From a virus: 64,000 nt of DNA. The stretch spans positions 1 to 64,000 of IMG/VR virus record IMGVR_UViG_3300033149_003115; one strand, written 5' to 3'. Positions 10,839-22,442 of this stretch are shown one piece after another. The translations under genes and the position numbers were made by a program. The notes under the pieces were generated by a model that made no database searches, was not told the DNA's origin, and saw only the letters and a program-made list of their open reading frames with translations. Positions within the stretch are counted from its first letter, which is position 1; the number at the start of each line of letters is the position of its first letter.

Positions 10839-11231
10839 TTGGGTTATTATGTGAGTGTGATGATAGGTATCCGTACTGGAGGTGTATTTAGTCATCCTCC
10901 TAACCTCAAAGACATGGAGGAACGAATAAAGAAAGTCCAAGAGGAACTAGAGATGTACTATTTTGAAACTGAATATGCTATGACACGTCATAGGCATCTA
11001 ACAATGTTCAAGGGAGACTATGTTGTCTTAGCTGGAGTGTCCAATGGATGGCACTGGAAATATGTGTCAAAGTTTGCTAAGGTATTATCTAAGGAGTTTG
11101 GCACTGAGGTTATGGCTATGACATGGGATGAGCAGACCAACAAGATTAATTGTGGAGTGTTCCTAGATGGTAGAGACATTAATAATACTAACGAGGATCC
11201 TATAGGAAGAATATTGAGGAGAATAGCTTGA
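10839..11231 (+). CDS. hypothetical protein
   Basis: 130-aa ORF, GAGGG RBS, coupled to next ORF. Confidence 0.6.
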   Translation: MGYYVSVMIGIRTGGVFSHPPNLKDMEERIKKVQEELEMYYFETEYAMTRHRHLTMFKGDYVVLAGVSNGWHWKYVSKFAKVLSKEFGTEVMAMTWDEQTNKINCGVFLDGRDINNTNEDPIGRILRRIA

Positions 11232-11767
11232 CCATTAGGTTAGGGGTTTATAACAAGATCAAGAAGGACACTCCAACCATTCTATGTGTATGCTGTCCTC
11301 AAGAATGGCAACATGTATGTTTGAGGGATCAAGATCATAAGCTTCTAGAGCCACCATTCTCTCAACAGAGAGAAAGTATGCCTGTCAAGCTATGTGAAAG
11401 AGACATCATTATCCCCAGCTTGTTCTTCTCATATGATGAGCTGACTATGCTCAAACACATAGATCCATTGTCATCCTCATCCTATTTGGTTATTCTCAAT
11501 GATCATCAGAAACATACCAGTTTCCTAATAGAATGGGATCACAACAGAGAGGTTAGAAAGTCTTATCTCTTAGAGGTAGAGGACATCCTTCCTCATGTTT
11601 ATTTTAAATATCATCCAACACCATCAGGAAAGGTTAGAGCTGAGTACTCCAGAAGAGAGACCCTAAAGAAGCTAGGAAATCTGGCTCCGTACTTTAGGCA
11701 TAAGCTAGGATACATGAATGTAATTGGATTATCTTACAAGCTAGAGAACATACTGGATGATCTATGA
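11228..11767 (+). CDS. hypothetical protein with shared C-terminal tail (ILDDL)
   Basis: 179-aa ORF overlapping both neighbours by 4 nt. Confidence 0.55.
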   Translation: MTIRLGVYNKIKKDTPTILCVCCPQEWQHVCLRDQDHKLLEPPFSQQRESMPVKLCERDIIIPSLFFSYDELTMLKHIDPLSSSSYLVILNDHQKHTSFLIEWDHNREVRKSYLLEVEDILPHVYFKYHPTPSGKVRAEYSRRETLKKLGNLAPYFRHKLGYMNVIGLSYKLENILDDL

Positions 11768-12417
11768 TGAGCAAGGATGAGATCATATATTGTAAGACAT
11801 GGAAATATCAGAAGTGTCCTTTCAGTAGCTTGAAAACACTCCTGGAATACTGCTGTATCTCTTGTCCTAATCTTGAGGAGTGTGAAAGTGTGGGTGTATT
11901 GTGTAGCCAGTATGAGATAGATCCAGATAATTGTCCTCATAGGATAACCGAGAAAGAGATCCTGATAGAGTATCTATAGCTGATATAAGATGACTGATCA
12001 GGAAATCTACTTTTGTAGAGGTAGATATTATCGGGGATGTCCTCAGATAGAGATTAATGGTCAAGTCTATGAGTACTGCTGTAAATCATGTCCTAGATTA
12101 AAAGAATGTAAAGGACTATCTTGTAGCATAAGCTTAAGTGAAACATGTGATCTTAGGTTAACCTTAAAGGACATTATAGTTGAATCTCTATAGTGGTCTT
12201 AATGTCAGAGAACACTAGCAAAGAAGAGGCTTACTGTTATAAGAAATTCAGGTTATCATGTCCTCATCTCCTCTTTAATGGTTACCTTATTCAGTATTGT
12301 TGTAGATCATGTCCAGACCTGGAGAAATGTCCTGAATGGAGGAGATGTCCTAGGTACATGGATAATAGCTGTAAGTATAGACACTCCATGAGGGATGTTC
12401 TTCTAGACACTTTATAG
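11764..12417 (+). other. three tandem Cys-rich family B genes (11764-11979, 11990-12193, 12193-12417)
   Basis: shared YC/FC...CP...YCCxSCPxLxxC...C...C and tails LIEYL, IVESL, LLDTL. Confidence 0.75.
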
Positions 12418-12866
12418 TGATGAGCTTATGAAATGCCCATGTGAATCATGTGAGGAAACAGATGAGAGATGTCCCTTATACTGTGCAGTGTTCCAGGCAT
12501 GGTATAAGGATCATATCCTAGAACTAGGGAAATTAGGATCTAAGAAGTCTAAGAAGAGGAAACACTAAGTGACATGCTCATCAAGGAGTGATCTCAAAAA
12601 TGACTGAGGTATGTGGTGCATGTGAATCCAAGCTATCAGACAGGGTTAGTGACTGCTGTGGTAAAGACGTATGGACTTACTACTCATCGGATGATGCTAC
12701 CTCTTATTGCTCCAGCTGTGGACAAGAGTGTAAGCCTGTCCCACTAGAGGATTATCTCTCATCCCTAGAGGATGAGATTGAGAAGCTAAGGGAGCTAAAG
12801 AGAAGAATCCTCACCCTTGAAGCCTTCAAGGATATCAAGAAAGAGCTCATAGCAGACCTGATCTAA

Positions 12867-12890
12867 AATTAGTATAATATTGTACTAGTT
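12867..12890. repeat. 24-bp imperfect palindrome AATTAGTA-N8-TACTAGTT
   Basis: its reverse complement matches 44147-44170 at 22/24 positions. Confidence 0.6.
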
Positions 12891-12903
12891 AGGGGGATCA
12901 AGC

Positions 12904-13143
12904 ATCTCTACTAACCCTTTAAGGACAGGTGATAGATGTCCAGATTACATATCCAGAGAATGTGACAAGATAAAAATGTCAGGTCTAAACATATCTCCAA
13001 ATATTTCCACTTATTGTGGAGAATGTACCGAATGTGGCACTGAATCCCATGAAGTGTGTATCCATTGTCCTCTGATAATAATGCGTAAGTTCCCCAGAGA
13101 GTTTTCTATCCTAATTAAGGAGAAGATAGTAGAGGAAATCTAA
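12904..13143 (+). CDS. Cys-rich family C protein lacking a canonical start codon
   Basis: hand translation ISTNPLRTGDRCPDYI...VCIHCPL...FPREF...KIVEEI*; paralog of 13143 and 41458. Confidence 0.55.
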   Translation: MSTNPLRTGDRCPDYISRECDKIKMSGLNISPNISTYCGECTECGTESHEVCIHCPLIIMRKFPREFSILIKEKIVEEI

Positions 13144-13346
13144 TGATACCTTTAAAGATAGGTGATGAGTGTCCTGATTATATCAGGAAATATTGTAGAA
13201 TAAGAATTGAGGGCTATGAACCACAGTGTTCCCCTTGTAGCATATGTAAGATTGGGAAATACCAAATATGTGTCCATTGTCCTCTAGATGTTATGTTGAG
13301 GTTTAGAGAAGAATTTAGATATCTATTGGTAATGAAGGAGCTATAA
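13143..13346 (+). CDS. Cys-rich family C protein
   Basis: LKIGDECPDYI...ICVHCPL...tail VMKEL. Confidence 0.7.
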   Translation: MIPLKIGDECPDYIRKYCRIRIEGYEPQCSPCSICKIGKYQICVHCPLDVMLRFREEFRYLLVMKEL

Positions 13347-13350
13347 TATC

Positions 13351-14334
13351 ATGAATGATAAAGCCATACAAGATCTATTAGAAGCTATGAAAGACTTTAG
13401 AGAAGATCTAAAGATGAATAAAGAGCCAGAAAATGAATGGGAGATAGCTTCAGAGCCCTTTAGAGGAAAGATAAGCTGGGATGATCTGAGCAGAAGACCA
13501 GATTATGACAGTATGATAACATTACCTACTAAAGGGTCTAAAGCCAAGCCTCTTAAAGTCTTTAAGACAGACACTTTCCTAGATCTATTATTCCTGGATC
13601 AAGATAAGAAGACAATAAAAGGAATCCCTGAAGGAGTTCAGCTAGGAGTGTTAGGAACATCAGGATCAGGCAAGTCTATCCTCATGGAAGAAATAGGGAT
13701 AAGAGCAGCTGCTAAAGGGATCAAGACCCTATATATCACATCAGAGGATATCTTCATTTCAAACACTCCTAGGTACGATCTACAGTCCAGGATGATGTCC
13801 AAAGCTAAGACACTGGGACTAGACTGGAACTCTATCAAGGATAACCTCGTGGTTATGGATACCGTAGCTAACCCAGAGCTCAGAGACTGGAACACATTTG
13901 CTGAGGTGTATAGGTACATAGCTGAGAGACATGATGTTAAGCTATCCATCATAGACTCTGTTACTATCCTGGAAACATACAGAGGATCTCTAAAGTATAG
14001 AGTAATGGAGCTAGCAAGGTTTAACCAAGTGAGAGGGATAACCTGTATCATGGTTAACCAGAGAGTGGGAGAGAGCTTTGACAAGTATGATGTGGCTGGA
14101 GGCATGGGTATCATACATGGTCTTGATGCTACAGTCCTAGTAGACAGAGGTAGAGTCTACTATGGAGATCAAATATCAGATCTGGGTAAGCGAGGAGCAG
14201 AGGTTTACATGGTAAGGGTTACAGACTGTAGATTATGTGGTTTTGTTAGAGAACATATCAAGACCTACATCACTAATGATGGTTTTTTAAGAGTATCAGA
14301 AGAAGGGTTAAAGATACTAAAGAACTATGAATAA
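13351..14334 (+). CDS. KaiC/RAD55-like RecA-superfamily ATPase (archaeal single-domain type)
   Basis: Walker A GTSGSGKS, LYITSE, Walker B SIIDSV, MVNQ, AGGMGIIHGLD. Confidence 0.85.
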   Translation: MNDKAIQDLLEAMKDFREDLKMNKEPENEWEIASEPFRGKISWDDLSRRPDYDSMITLPTKGSKAKPLKVFKTDTFLDLLFLDQDKKTIKGIPEGVQLGVLGTSGSGKSILMEEIGIRAAAKGIKTLYITSEDIFISNTPRYDLQSRMMSKAKTLGLDWNSIKDNLVVMDTVANPELRDWNTFAEVYRYIAERHDVKLSIIDSVTILETYRGSLKYRVMELARFNQVRGITCIMVNQRVGESFDKYDVAGGMGIIHGLDATVLVDRGRVYYGDQISDLGKRGAEVYMVRVTDCRLCGFVREHIKTYITNDGFLRVSEEGLKILKNYE

Positions 14335-14536
14335 AAGAGGTATGATAAAGAATGAGACTTAGAAGAGTAATTAGACTCATAGTTTCTACCCTTGGTATAA
14401 TAATCTCTATAGCTTGGATGATTATCTTTGTTATTTCAAATGCAACTATAATGATGATACCATTTGGATTATCTGCATTGTTTTTCCTTTGTTGTCTAGT
14501 AGATGAGATTGTTAGACTAGATTAGATGATTATGTC

Positions 14537-14755
14537 ATGGATAATAACGATATTATCTGTATGAGATGTGGTAAAAGAATATATTGTAAGAGAACTTGTG
14601 ATCTCTTATCCAATACTTGTATCTGCTTAGAATGTGCTCTTGATATATTTGTCAAACGAGGTTATAGCCTAAAAAGAATCCATGATGCTATCCCAAAGTG
14701 TTATGATGTATCCTCTGATGAAGTATCTAGATTATTGGTGTTAGAATATCTTTAA
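14537..14755 (+). CDS. Cys-rich family A protein
   Basis: CMRCGKRIYCKRTC...CICLEC...KCY...tail VLEYL. Confidence 0.7.
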   Translation: MDNNDIICMRCGKRIYCKRTCDLLSNTCICLECALDIFVKRGYSLKRIHDAIPKCYDVSSDEVSRLLVLEYL

Positions 14756-15012
14756 GCTAGTTAGGGGATCAATGATGAGGGTAGCTGTGTTAAGATCTCT
14801 ACCATCTCCTAAAGGGATACCCAAGGGGATAGTAGAAGTGTATGATGTAGATGCCAAGCTCTTTAGAGAGGAGCTTGAGGGCATAGTGCCTACTAACCCA
14901 GATGATCTTCACTACATAGATGTATGGTTGTCTAACCATGGTAAGCTAATCCATAAGATCAAGATAGACTACTCAATATTATTAGAAATGTAGAAAGAGG
15001 TGAATAGAGAAA

Positions 15013-15360
15013 ATGGATGATGACATCCTAGCTGGCGTAGTCTTCTTCCTCCTGATAGCTCTGGCAGTAGGGGGAAGCATCATGTATTTGGTAATGTTTT
15101 ACCAGAGTGCCACAGTGAGGACAGTAACTATCAAGGAGAAATGGGTTAAAGCTTCTGGATCAGACAAGCAGATATATCTATTCTCTGACACTGATGGGAA
15201 TGTCTATTGTATAGTAGATGAGCTACTACTATGGAGATTTGATGCATCAGACAGATGGGCTAAGCTAGAGGTAGGAAAGACATACAGGATAACATTCTAT
15301 GGATGGAGGATACAGTTCTTCTCATGGTATCCTAATGCCATAGAGATAGAGGAGATATAA
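15013..15360 (+). CDS. membrane-anchored protein, DUF1523-like
   Basis: N-terminal TM helix; FDASD.WAKL..GKTY.I..YGWRI.FFSWYPN pattern. Confidence 0.6.
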   Translation: MDDDILAGVVFFLLIALAVGGSIMYLVMFYQSATVRTVTIKEKWVKASGSDKQIYLFSDTDGNVYCIVDELLLWRFDASDRWAKLEVGKTYRITFYGWRIQFFSWYPNAIEIEEI

Positions 15361-15364
15361 AGAA

Positions 15365-15595
15365 ATGGCTAGATGCATATCTTGTGGACTACACTTAAAC
15401 GACAAGGCTATTTGCTTAGAATGTTATAATGAGCTGCTCTATGAGAGAGACCAGCTTGCCAGTGAAACTGATAGACTACATAAATTAATAGCTGATCTGG
15501 AGTCTAGAATAGCAGACTTAGAGTATGAGCTTTCATGCTCCAGGGAAGACATAGACTACTGGAAAGAGCGATATCATAGATCACTAGGTGTATAG
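15365..15595 (+). CDS. zinc finger plus coiled-coil protein, paralog of 26523-26783
   Basis: CxxC...CxECYNxL followed by heptad repeats in both. Confidence 0.6.
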   Translation: MARCISCGLHLNDKAICLECYNELLYERDQLASETDRLHKLIADLESRIADLEYELSCSREDIDYWKERYHRSLGV

Positions 15596-15614
15596 TGGGA
15601 TGCTACTCCCACTA
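15593..15614. repeat. dispersed palindrome TAGTGGGA-N6-TCCCACTA
   Basis: perfect 8-bp arms; related copies at 7323, 26808, 41391, 51292. Confidence 0.7.
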
Positions 15615-16877
15615 AGATTTTAGCTATAGTAATAGAAGAGCTAGAGTCTGATTAGACAATTAGAAGGTATGAAGTTGAGCTATCTTAAAAGAATTAAACA
15701 GTTCACTGTTCTAGGGAAAACCTTTAAAGTTAAAGCAGGTAAACGACGTGGTGTTGATCTCAAATGTACATGTGGAAGTAAGGAGTTCTCCTTCTTCTTT
15801 GACATATCAATGCTAGATATTAATGAATATGAAAAATACCAGGAATTGTTTGGAAGCATGGAAGCTTATATTATGAAATGTAAGAAGTGTGGTAAGTATT
15901 ACCTGGAACGAGAAGTATGGGACTACGACTACTTCTATGTCAATCCTCTAGTTGAGGTATTTAATGAGAATACTACTAAGAGAGAGTGATTAACTATGAA
16001 ATTAAAATACCCTGATTGTAAGATTTGTAAGAAGCTAGCTACAGAACTGTCTAACTCCTCGGAGATAATACAAGCCATTAATGATTATCATGAAAGCAAA
16101 GGCTCATATGAGCTATTTCCCAAACAATATCAGGACTTGGTGATAGACATAATGTTAAGGATATAGGAGGTAGTAAAGCTGAAGGATGTGTCTTTAGATG
16201 AAGAGATAGATACCCTTGTAGATACAGAGATCCCTAAAGAGATAGAGGACATGATCATCGATAGACTTCTGAGCATAGTTCGGAAGCTCAGAGACAAGAG
16301 CATTGATCCATCCTTATCTGATATCATTATCCAACATATCCTGGACTCCCTCACAGTATCTTGGATGTATAACACGTACACTAGGCTAGTTCAAATGTCT
16401 GAATCAGGTAAGTATCCAGAGCTAGAGTGGTTATTCTTAGAAGGTAAAGGAGAGTAGCTTATGTACAAGGAAATACCCTTACCCAACAAGATCCAGAGCT
16501 ATGATGATCTAGAAGAGAAGATGTATGATCTAGGGTATCATTGGTGGTCAGCTTACTGTGGTATCTGTGATGAGAGGACAGATGAGATACCTGAACACTG
16601 TACTATTTGTGACCATCTGTACAATGGTATATCTAACGTTATCTCTAAGAGCTCTTTAGTCAGCTCTTGGGATGACATATGGCGTTTTAGCTACGTGATC
16701 CTCTCTGATACTATTCAGGACTTGTTGTATTCTGATTCTAAGATTAAAATCCTAGAGGGTACCTTGAAATGGATCTCAGATGAGACGTTTGAGCTCACAA
16801 GTCCCTACATTATCCTAGAGGATGATTTTGAGAATAGATACCTGATAATCAAGTCTATCCTAGGAAGATAACCACCA

Positions 16878-17939
16878 ATGGTCAGATGCTCTGAATGTGG
16901 ACAAGAGATACAATGCTCTTGGGATATATACTTCAGGAATAAGAGGAAGAAATGTATCTGTGATAGATGTTATCTTTATGCCATAGTTGATAACTATGGT
17001 ATAGGGTTCTTAAAGTCTTTAATGAAGAGAGGCTACTATAGATCACCTTGCACTGGGAAAGAATACTCACTAGAGGACATAAAGAAAATCATCATAGTAG
17101 AGGAACTCTAGACATGACCAAGTTCATAGCCAAGTGTGCTGTCTGTGGTAAGCTATTTAGCTGTAATGGTGGTCCTGACTTTAACAAGAAAGACCCTATT
17201 TTAGATCCTGAAAGAGTGGTGAAAGCTGACAGATCATTTGCATCTCTATTCTGTCCTATCTCCCATGATCTCTTCTGTACGTGTGGTGAGTGTCATCTAC
17301 ACCAGCTATTTCGATCATTTGGGATAGAATATCTAGAGAACCTGATCAAAGAGAAAGGATATATTTATCACCCTTGTACTGGTACCAAATATTCTATAGA
17401 AGACATAGAGAAGATAGTACTATTGAGAGAGATATAGCTTGATCTGCTACAGGTGTGGAGCAGAGTTCAAGTGTACCAGGAAAAGATTCTTGTCTTGTAA
17501 AGAAAGATCCATATGTTTTTGTCAGGACTGTGCTCTAGAAACCATTAGAAGCTACTATAACTCATACCCTTATTTTGCTAGAACTGGATATAAGATTACG
17601 CTTAAATTTCTTAAGAATTGTTATGGCAAGGATGTCAGGATAGATGAACTTAAGAAAATATTTCTAGTCCATATATTGTGATATAAAATGGGTAAAGTAA
17701 TCTGCATAATATGTGGTAAAGAAATTGAATGTTCTAGAAGATGTTACCCTACCAAGATTAGTAACTTAACAACTAAATGTCAATGTCTAGAATGTAGGGT
17801 AAGAACAATAGGTGAGTACTTTAGAAAGACACCTGAACCCAAGAAGAGCTTTAATTACTTTCTTAAAGCTCTAGTGTCCTGCTTTAATAACATAGATCCA
17901 GATCATATCAGGAGAAAGCTACTTGCTTCTATACTATAG
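16878..17939 (+). other. four tandem Cys-rich family A genes (16878-17111, 17114-17437, 17439-17681, 17688-17939)
   Basis: CxxCGxx[F/I]xC...CxCxxC...C; tails IVEEL, LLREI, LVHIL, LASIL; the 17048 ORF probably starts at ATG 17114. Confidence 0.75.
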
Positions 17940-17956
17940 TGAAGTGATCTAATATT

Positions 17957-19500
17957 ATGATAAACATGATCACTATCTTAGAATTTCTAAAGTTCGTATG
18001 TCTCGATCTCTTTAGGATAAAGAGGAGGATGCTTAAGATATGGAGCAGCTATTTCCTATCTGATCCTTTGGTTCTCATTGTGGACACCCTTCTTAGCTTT
18101 GTTATAGGTGTTTCAGCCATAGGGCTGATATCTATAATATATCCAGACTTAGTTAGCATGTTCTTATCCTCAACTATCATAAACATATCCAGAGCTATTC
18201 TGGTCTTCACCTTGATAGGGATAGCTCTCTTGTACATCCTAGAGAAGTGGGATGAGTACACTCTAATGAGGAAGGGACATCCATTGTCTCTGGATCTATA
18301 GAGTGAGAAACATGACTATCATCTTATTCTTAGAGTATGTAATATCCAAGAGCAAGGACAGAACACTTGGACATTTATCAAGATATATCAGGAGATCTAG
18401 AAAAGAGATTAGAGATGGAAACTACTGGTGTCTAATGTTAGAGCTATCTTTACTATTTGCTTATCTAGTCATACTTGGTATCCTAGCTAGCAACCTGATA
18501 GACCTGATAACATCAGGTCATCTAGGAGAAGGGTTAGCTAATTGCTCAATATCCATGTTTCTACTAGGACTAACCCTATTAATCAGACCATCAGAGCCTT
18601 ATCACTTTAAACATGTCAATGATCTCAAGGGGATAAATGTAAGCACTGATGATAGTCTGATCAGAGTCCTAATATCTTACATCATTATCCTTTTTCTATC
18701 CCTGGGCTCAGGGCTTTATGCCAGCTACGATCCTTCATTCTCATCCATATTCTCTACTATCTCCAGATGGATATTGTTAGCATCTATAGCTTACTTCTGG
18801 TATGTCTACCTCAGAATACAATGGATAGACTATAACAGGTTCAAGCTTAGAGTGAGAGATTCTCTATGATGCTTAAGACAGTAGCAGAGTTCATATTGTT
18901 CCTAAGTAGAGAAATATTATACTCCCTCAAGCACAAGGTCTCTGCCTTACTGGATAACAAGATCATGTCTTATGTTATTATAAGACTGTCAATAACACTC
19001 CAGTTGTTCCTGGCTTTCCTGGGGATCCTGGTGATATCATCACATGATATAGGAGACAGATGTTTTAGCTATCTGTGTATTATATCTCTGATCTCTCTAA
19101 TACTGTATCCATACATCTATCTAAGAAAGAAATGGGATGAGTATAAAGATTTTAAGTCCAAGGTGGTGAATGAGATATGATATCTAAGAGCACTCTTATA
19201 GGGTTCATCCACTATATCTTCATTACATATCCATCTGGTTTCCTTAGAAAGAGAAGGGAGTCTCTGGGTAAAGTGGCATCCTATCTAGTGCTCTTGTTCA
19301 TCTCTGCCTTACTAGCATCTGGTGTAATGGGAATAATCAGCTTTCTAGACCCTTCAATAGTTAGGGTGTTAACATCCTCTGAGATCATGTTCTTCAGGTG
19401 TAGCTTCTACCTGAGCATTGGGGTTCTTGTAGCTCTTTTGTTAGACCACTTGTGGGACAGCTATATTAAGTACAAAGAGAGGATAGCTAATGAGATCTAG
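17957..19500 (+). other. four tandem paralogous membrane proteins (17957-18301, 18303-18869, 18866-19180, 19177-19500)
   Basis: N-terminal T[I/V/L]xxF[L/I], 2-4 hydrophobic helices, C-terminal WDEY/WIDY/WDSY. Confidence 0.7.
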
Positions 19501-19523
19501 AAGTTCACATCGAGGTCTTACTC

Positions 19524-19805
19524 ATGATCTGTAGAAAATGTGGTAGAAAGTTCACTTGTAGAGGTGACACCAAGGGTTGTGTGTTCCAGGAACACTTGTC
19601 AAGAGAAGGGTCTAGGGATGACACCTGCTTATGTGCTAAGTGCTACCTACTAGATAGATGGACATATCTCCATAATGTTCTCTATGCTTCTGATAAGCAT
19701 ATGAGAGACATTCTGGAGATCCTGAATAAGAGGAGATCAAGGATAGGATGTCAATACCTCTCAGAAAAGGATCTAGAGAAGGAATTAGTGATAATGTCTC
19801 TATAG
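19524..19805 (+). CDS. Cys-rich family A protein
   Basis: CRKCGRKFTC...CLCAKC...GCQY, tail VIMSL. Confidence 0.7.
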   Translation: MICRKCGRKFTCRGDTKGCVFQEHLSREGSRDDTCLCAKCYLLDRWTYLHNVLYASDKHMRDILEILNKRRSRIGCQYLSEKDLEKELVIMSL

Positions 19806-19821
19806 CAGAGGTGTCTCTGGC

Positions 19822-20827
19822 TTGTTCTCTTCTAGTTATATGATATATGTCAAGCTTATTGGGGGTACACCGAGGAGCATAGAACGCCTCTACAAAAGAT
19901 CTAACAAAGTATTCTCAGAATGTGTCTCTTCTGCTGTCATCAAGAGAAAGATCCTATCTGGTGTTTGGACTGTGGTTAGTGAGGTATTACAGTTCCTGGA
20001 AAGAGAGATATTATTTATCCTGGAGGAGAGAGGGGTAACAAAGGACAAGCTGGAGGATGCAATAATGATCAGTGACAGCATAGCTATATGTCCTATCAGT
20101 AACGAAATAGGAGAGATGTTGGAGGAATATTATAAGTTCAAGGATAAGATCATCAAGTCTTTCTATGCTCCATCTAAAAAGGAACATGAAAGAGTTAGAA
20201 GTGTGTTGATGACACTAGAGTCATTGAGGATATTCTCTCTGATGAAGGACAGAGATATATCCACAATATCTAACAAGCTAAGATCTGTAAGGGTAATAGA
20301 TGAAATATAAAAAGGAAATAGTGATGTTCAAGTCCAAGTATTGTATCTCACTTCTAACCAAGAGAGGGACTTTCTGTTGTAGGATCCTTGGTCTGTTCAT
20401 AAGAGGAGAGGATGGAGTGTATTCCAAAGCTATTGACCCTTATTTCTTTAGATCAACAGACTTCAAGGCTAGATGGAAAATACTTACTCCTATCTTCTCT
20501 CTAATAGAAGATGAGGTAGTCTCTATTCTTAACACTGATTCATCAAGCTTAGAAGTAATATTAAGGGATCTAACAAATGGTGTAGGTACTCTAATCTGTG
20601 CTATTTCAGATGATCTAGGAGATCTTATACTAGAGATCTTTCTCCTCAAAGATCTAGTCACTGGACTTAGCCATAAGTATCCCAGACATGGCTCAGGATC
20701 TCCAGTGACCCCTAAAGATATCCTTAAGATCTTTGAGGATATCAAGGTTTTTTCTAATCTAGACAATAGGAACTTAAGATATCTAGCCAATAGGTTAAGA
20801 TCAATTAGAGTTTCAATAGAGCTATGA
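19822..20827 (+). other. tandem paralog pair of unknown function (19822-20310, 20300-20827)
   Basis: shared IC[P/A]IS..[I/L]G and N[K/R]LRS[V/I]RV..E[I/L] ends. Confidence 0.65.
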
Positions 20828-20856
20828 ATTTAATAGGATATATGATGTGATCTTTT

Positions 20857-21129
20857 ATGATATGGCAAATATTAGATGAAGGATTCTACAAGATAGTTCT
20901 ATTTAGAGGGGATCAAGTCTTTGTAGTAGATGATAATACTCTAGATTTAAGGTATTTTATAGAAGATCTATGCAATGCTGAATACTCATATGAGGAAGCT
21001 AAGGATGTCTATGAATCCTTAAACGATCTACTCACTTTATGTGAAGAAAAGAATATTAGAGTAATTAATACTCCTCCTAAGTTTAATAGAGAAATCTACA
21101 AAGAAACATGGAATAGCATTTACGGTTAG
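20857..21129 (+). CDS. hypothetical protein, paralog of 9798-10058
   Basis: EDLCNAEYSYEEA identical in both. Confidence 0.7.
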   Translation: MIWQILDEGFYKIVLFRGDQVFVVDDNTLDLRYFIEDLCNAEYSYEEAKDVYESLNDLLTLCEEKNIRVINTPPKFNREIYKETWNSIYG

Positions 21130-21206
21130 GTAATATTTAGATTATTAGATGAATTATAGTTACTTAATTATTAAGTAACAAATAAAAAACATAGAGAAGT
21201 GATAGA

Positions 21207-22442
21207 ATGCCAAGAGGTAGTATTAGATCAGGAAATATCTACTCCATAACCCACAACCAGCTAGTTAAGATAGTCAAGAGAGTGTATGAGACTAAGGAAT
21301 CGCTGTTTGTACAGGGAGCTATAGGGATAGGAAAATCAGAAAGTGTTAGAAGAGCAGCTAAGGAGATAGCTCAAGAAAGAGGTCTAGAGTTCATAGAAAC
21401 CAAGTCTCCCAACCAGTATCCAGATAGGTTCTGTTTAGTGGATATTAGACTAGCTCAGAAGGATGCTGGTGAGATCCTGGGGTTACCAGAGAACTATGCT
21501 CTAATAGAGAAGAACGATAACCTCGATATCTTACCTGTCAAGGCTCTAGACGTGTTCCTATCGAACAACCACGATTCTGAGTATAGGATCATAGACTACA
21601 TCACTAGATGGAATCCTCCATCCTGGTTCCCAAGGAAAGGCAATGGTATCATATTCGTAGATGAGTTTAACCTAGCTCCTCCTCTAGTACAATACGCAAT
21701 GTATGAACTCATTAACGATAGAGCTCTGGGAGATTATCACCTACCAGAGGGATGGGTGGTTATAGGAGCTGGTAATAGAGGATCACTGGATGGAGCTACC
21801 ACATTCGAGTTCCCAGCTCCATTGAACGACAGGTTCCTATGGTATGAGCTAAAGATGCCATCAGTAGAGAAATGGACAGAGTATGCAGCTCGTAACGGAG
21901 TGGACTATCGTATTATAGGGTTCCTACAAACCACGAGATCAGCTATATACACCTTTAACCCCAAGTCTAAAGAGAAGGCTTTTGCTACACCTAGAAGCTG
22001 GGTCAAAGCTTCTAGGCTTATTAAAGGGGTGGAGGATGAGGATCTAGTGGAGCTATACCTCTCAGGTGCAGTTGGTAGCTATGTAGCTAAGCAGTTCAGG
22101 GCATACCTCCAAGCTAGGAGAACGTTACCTCCCACAGAGAAATACATCAAAGATCCCAAGGGGACAATGCTACCAAAGGAGAACGATCTGCTGTACACAT
22201 TATGTACTAACTTAGTGGAGTACCTGTCATATCATAAGGATGACAAGGATCAGGGTCTTCCTATACTCAGGAGCATACTGATATTCAGTGAGAGACTGAG
22301 CATGGAGTTTAGGACATTCCTACTCAAGCTAATAAAGCTCTCAGATGAGTCTTACTTCAAGGAGAACATCATTAAAATACCAGAGTTTGATAGGATATGC
22401 TCAACCATATCCAAGTACCTATTAAGAGAGGATGATGACTAG
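21207..22442 (+). CDS. MoxR-like AAA+ ATPase
   Basis: Walker A GAIGIGKS, Walker B IIFVDEFN, VIGAGN, PLNDRF, ATPRSW. Confidence 0.85.
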   Translation: MPRGSIRSGNIYSITHNQLVKIVKRVYETKESLFVQGAIGIGKSESVRRAAKEIAQERGLEFIETKSPNQYPDRFCLVDIRLAQKDAGEILGLPENYALIEKNDNLDILPVKALDVFLSNNHDSEYRIIDYITRWNPPSWFPRKGNGIIFVDEFNLAPPLVQYAMYELINDRALGDYHLPEGWVVIGAGNRGSLDGATTFEFPAPLNDRFLWYELKMPSVEKWTEYAARNGVDYRIIGFLQTTRSAIYTFNPKSKEKAFATPRSWVKASRLIKGVEDEDLVELYLSGAVGSYVAKQFRAYLQARRTLPPTEKYIKDPKGTMLPKENDLLYTLCTNLVEYLSYHKDDKDQGLPILRSILIFSERLSMEFRTFLLKLIKLSDESYFKENIIKIPEFDRICSTISKYLLREDDD

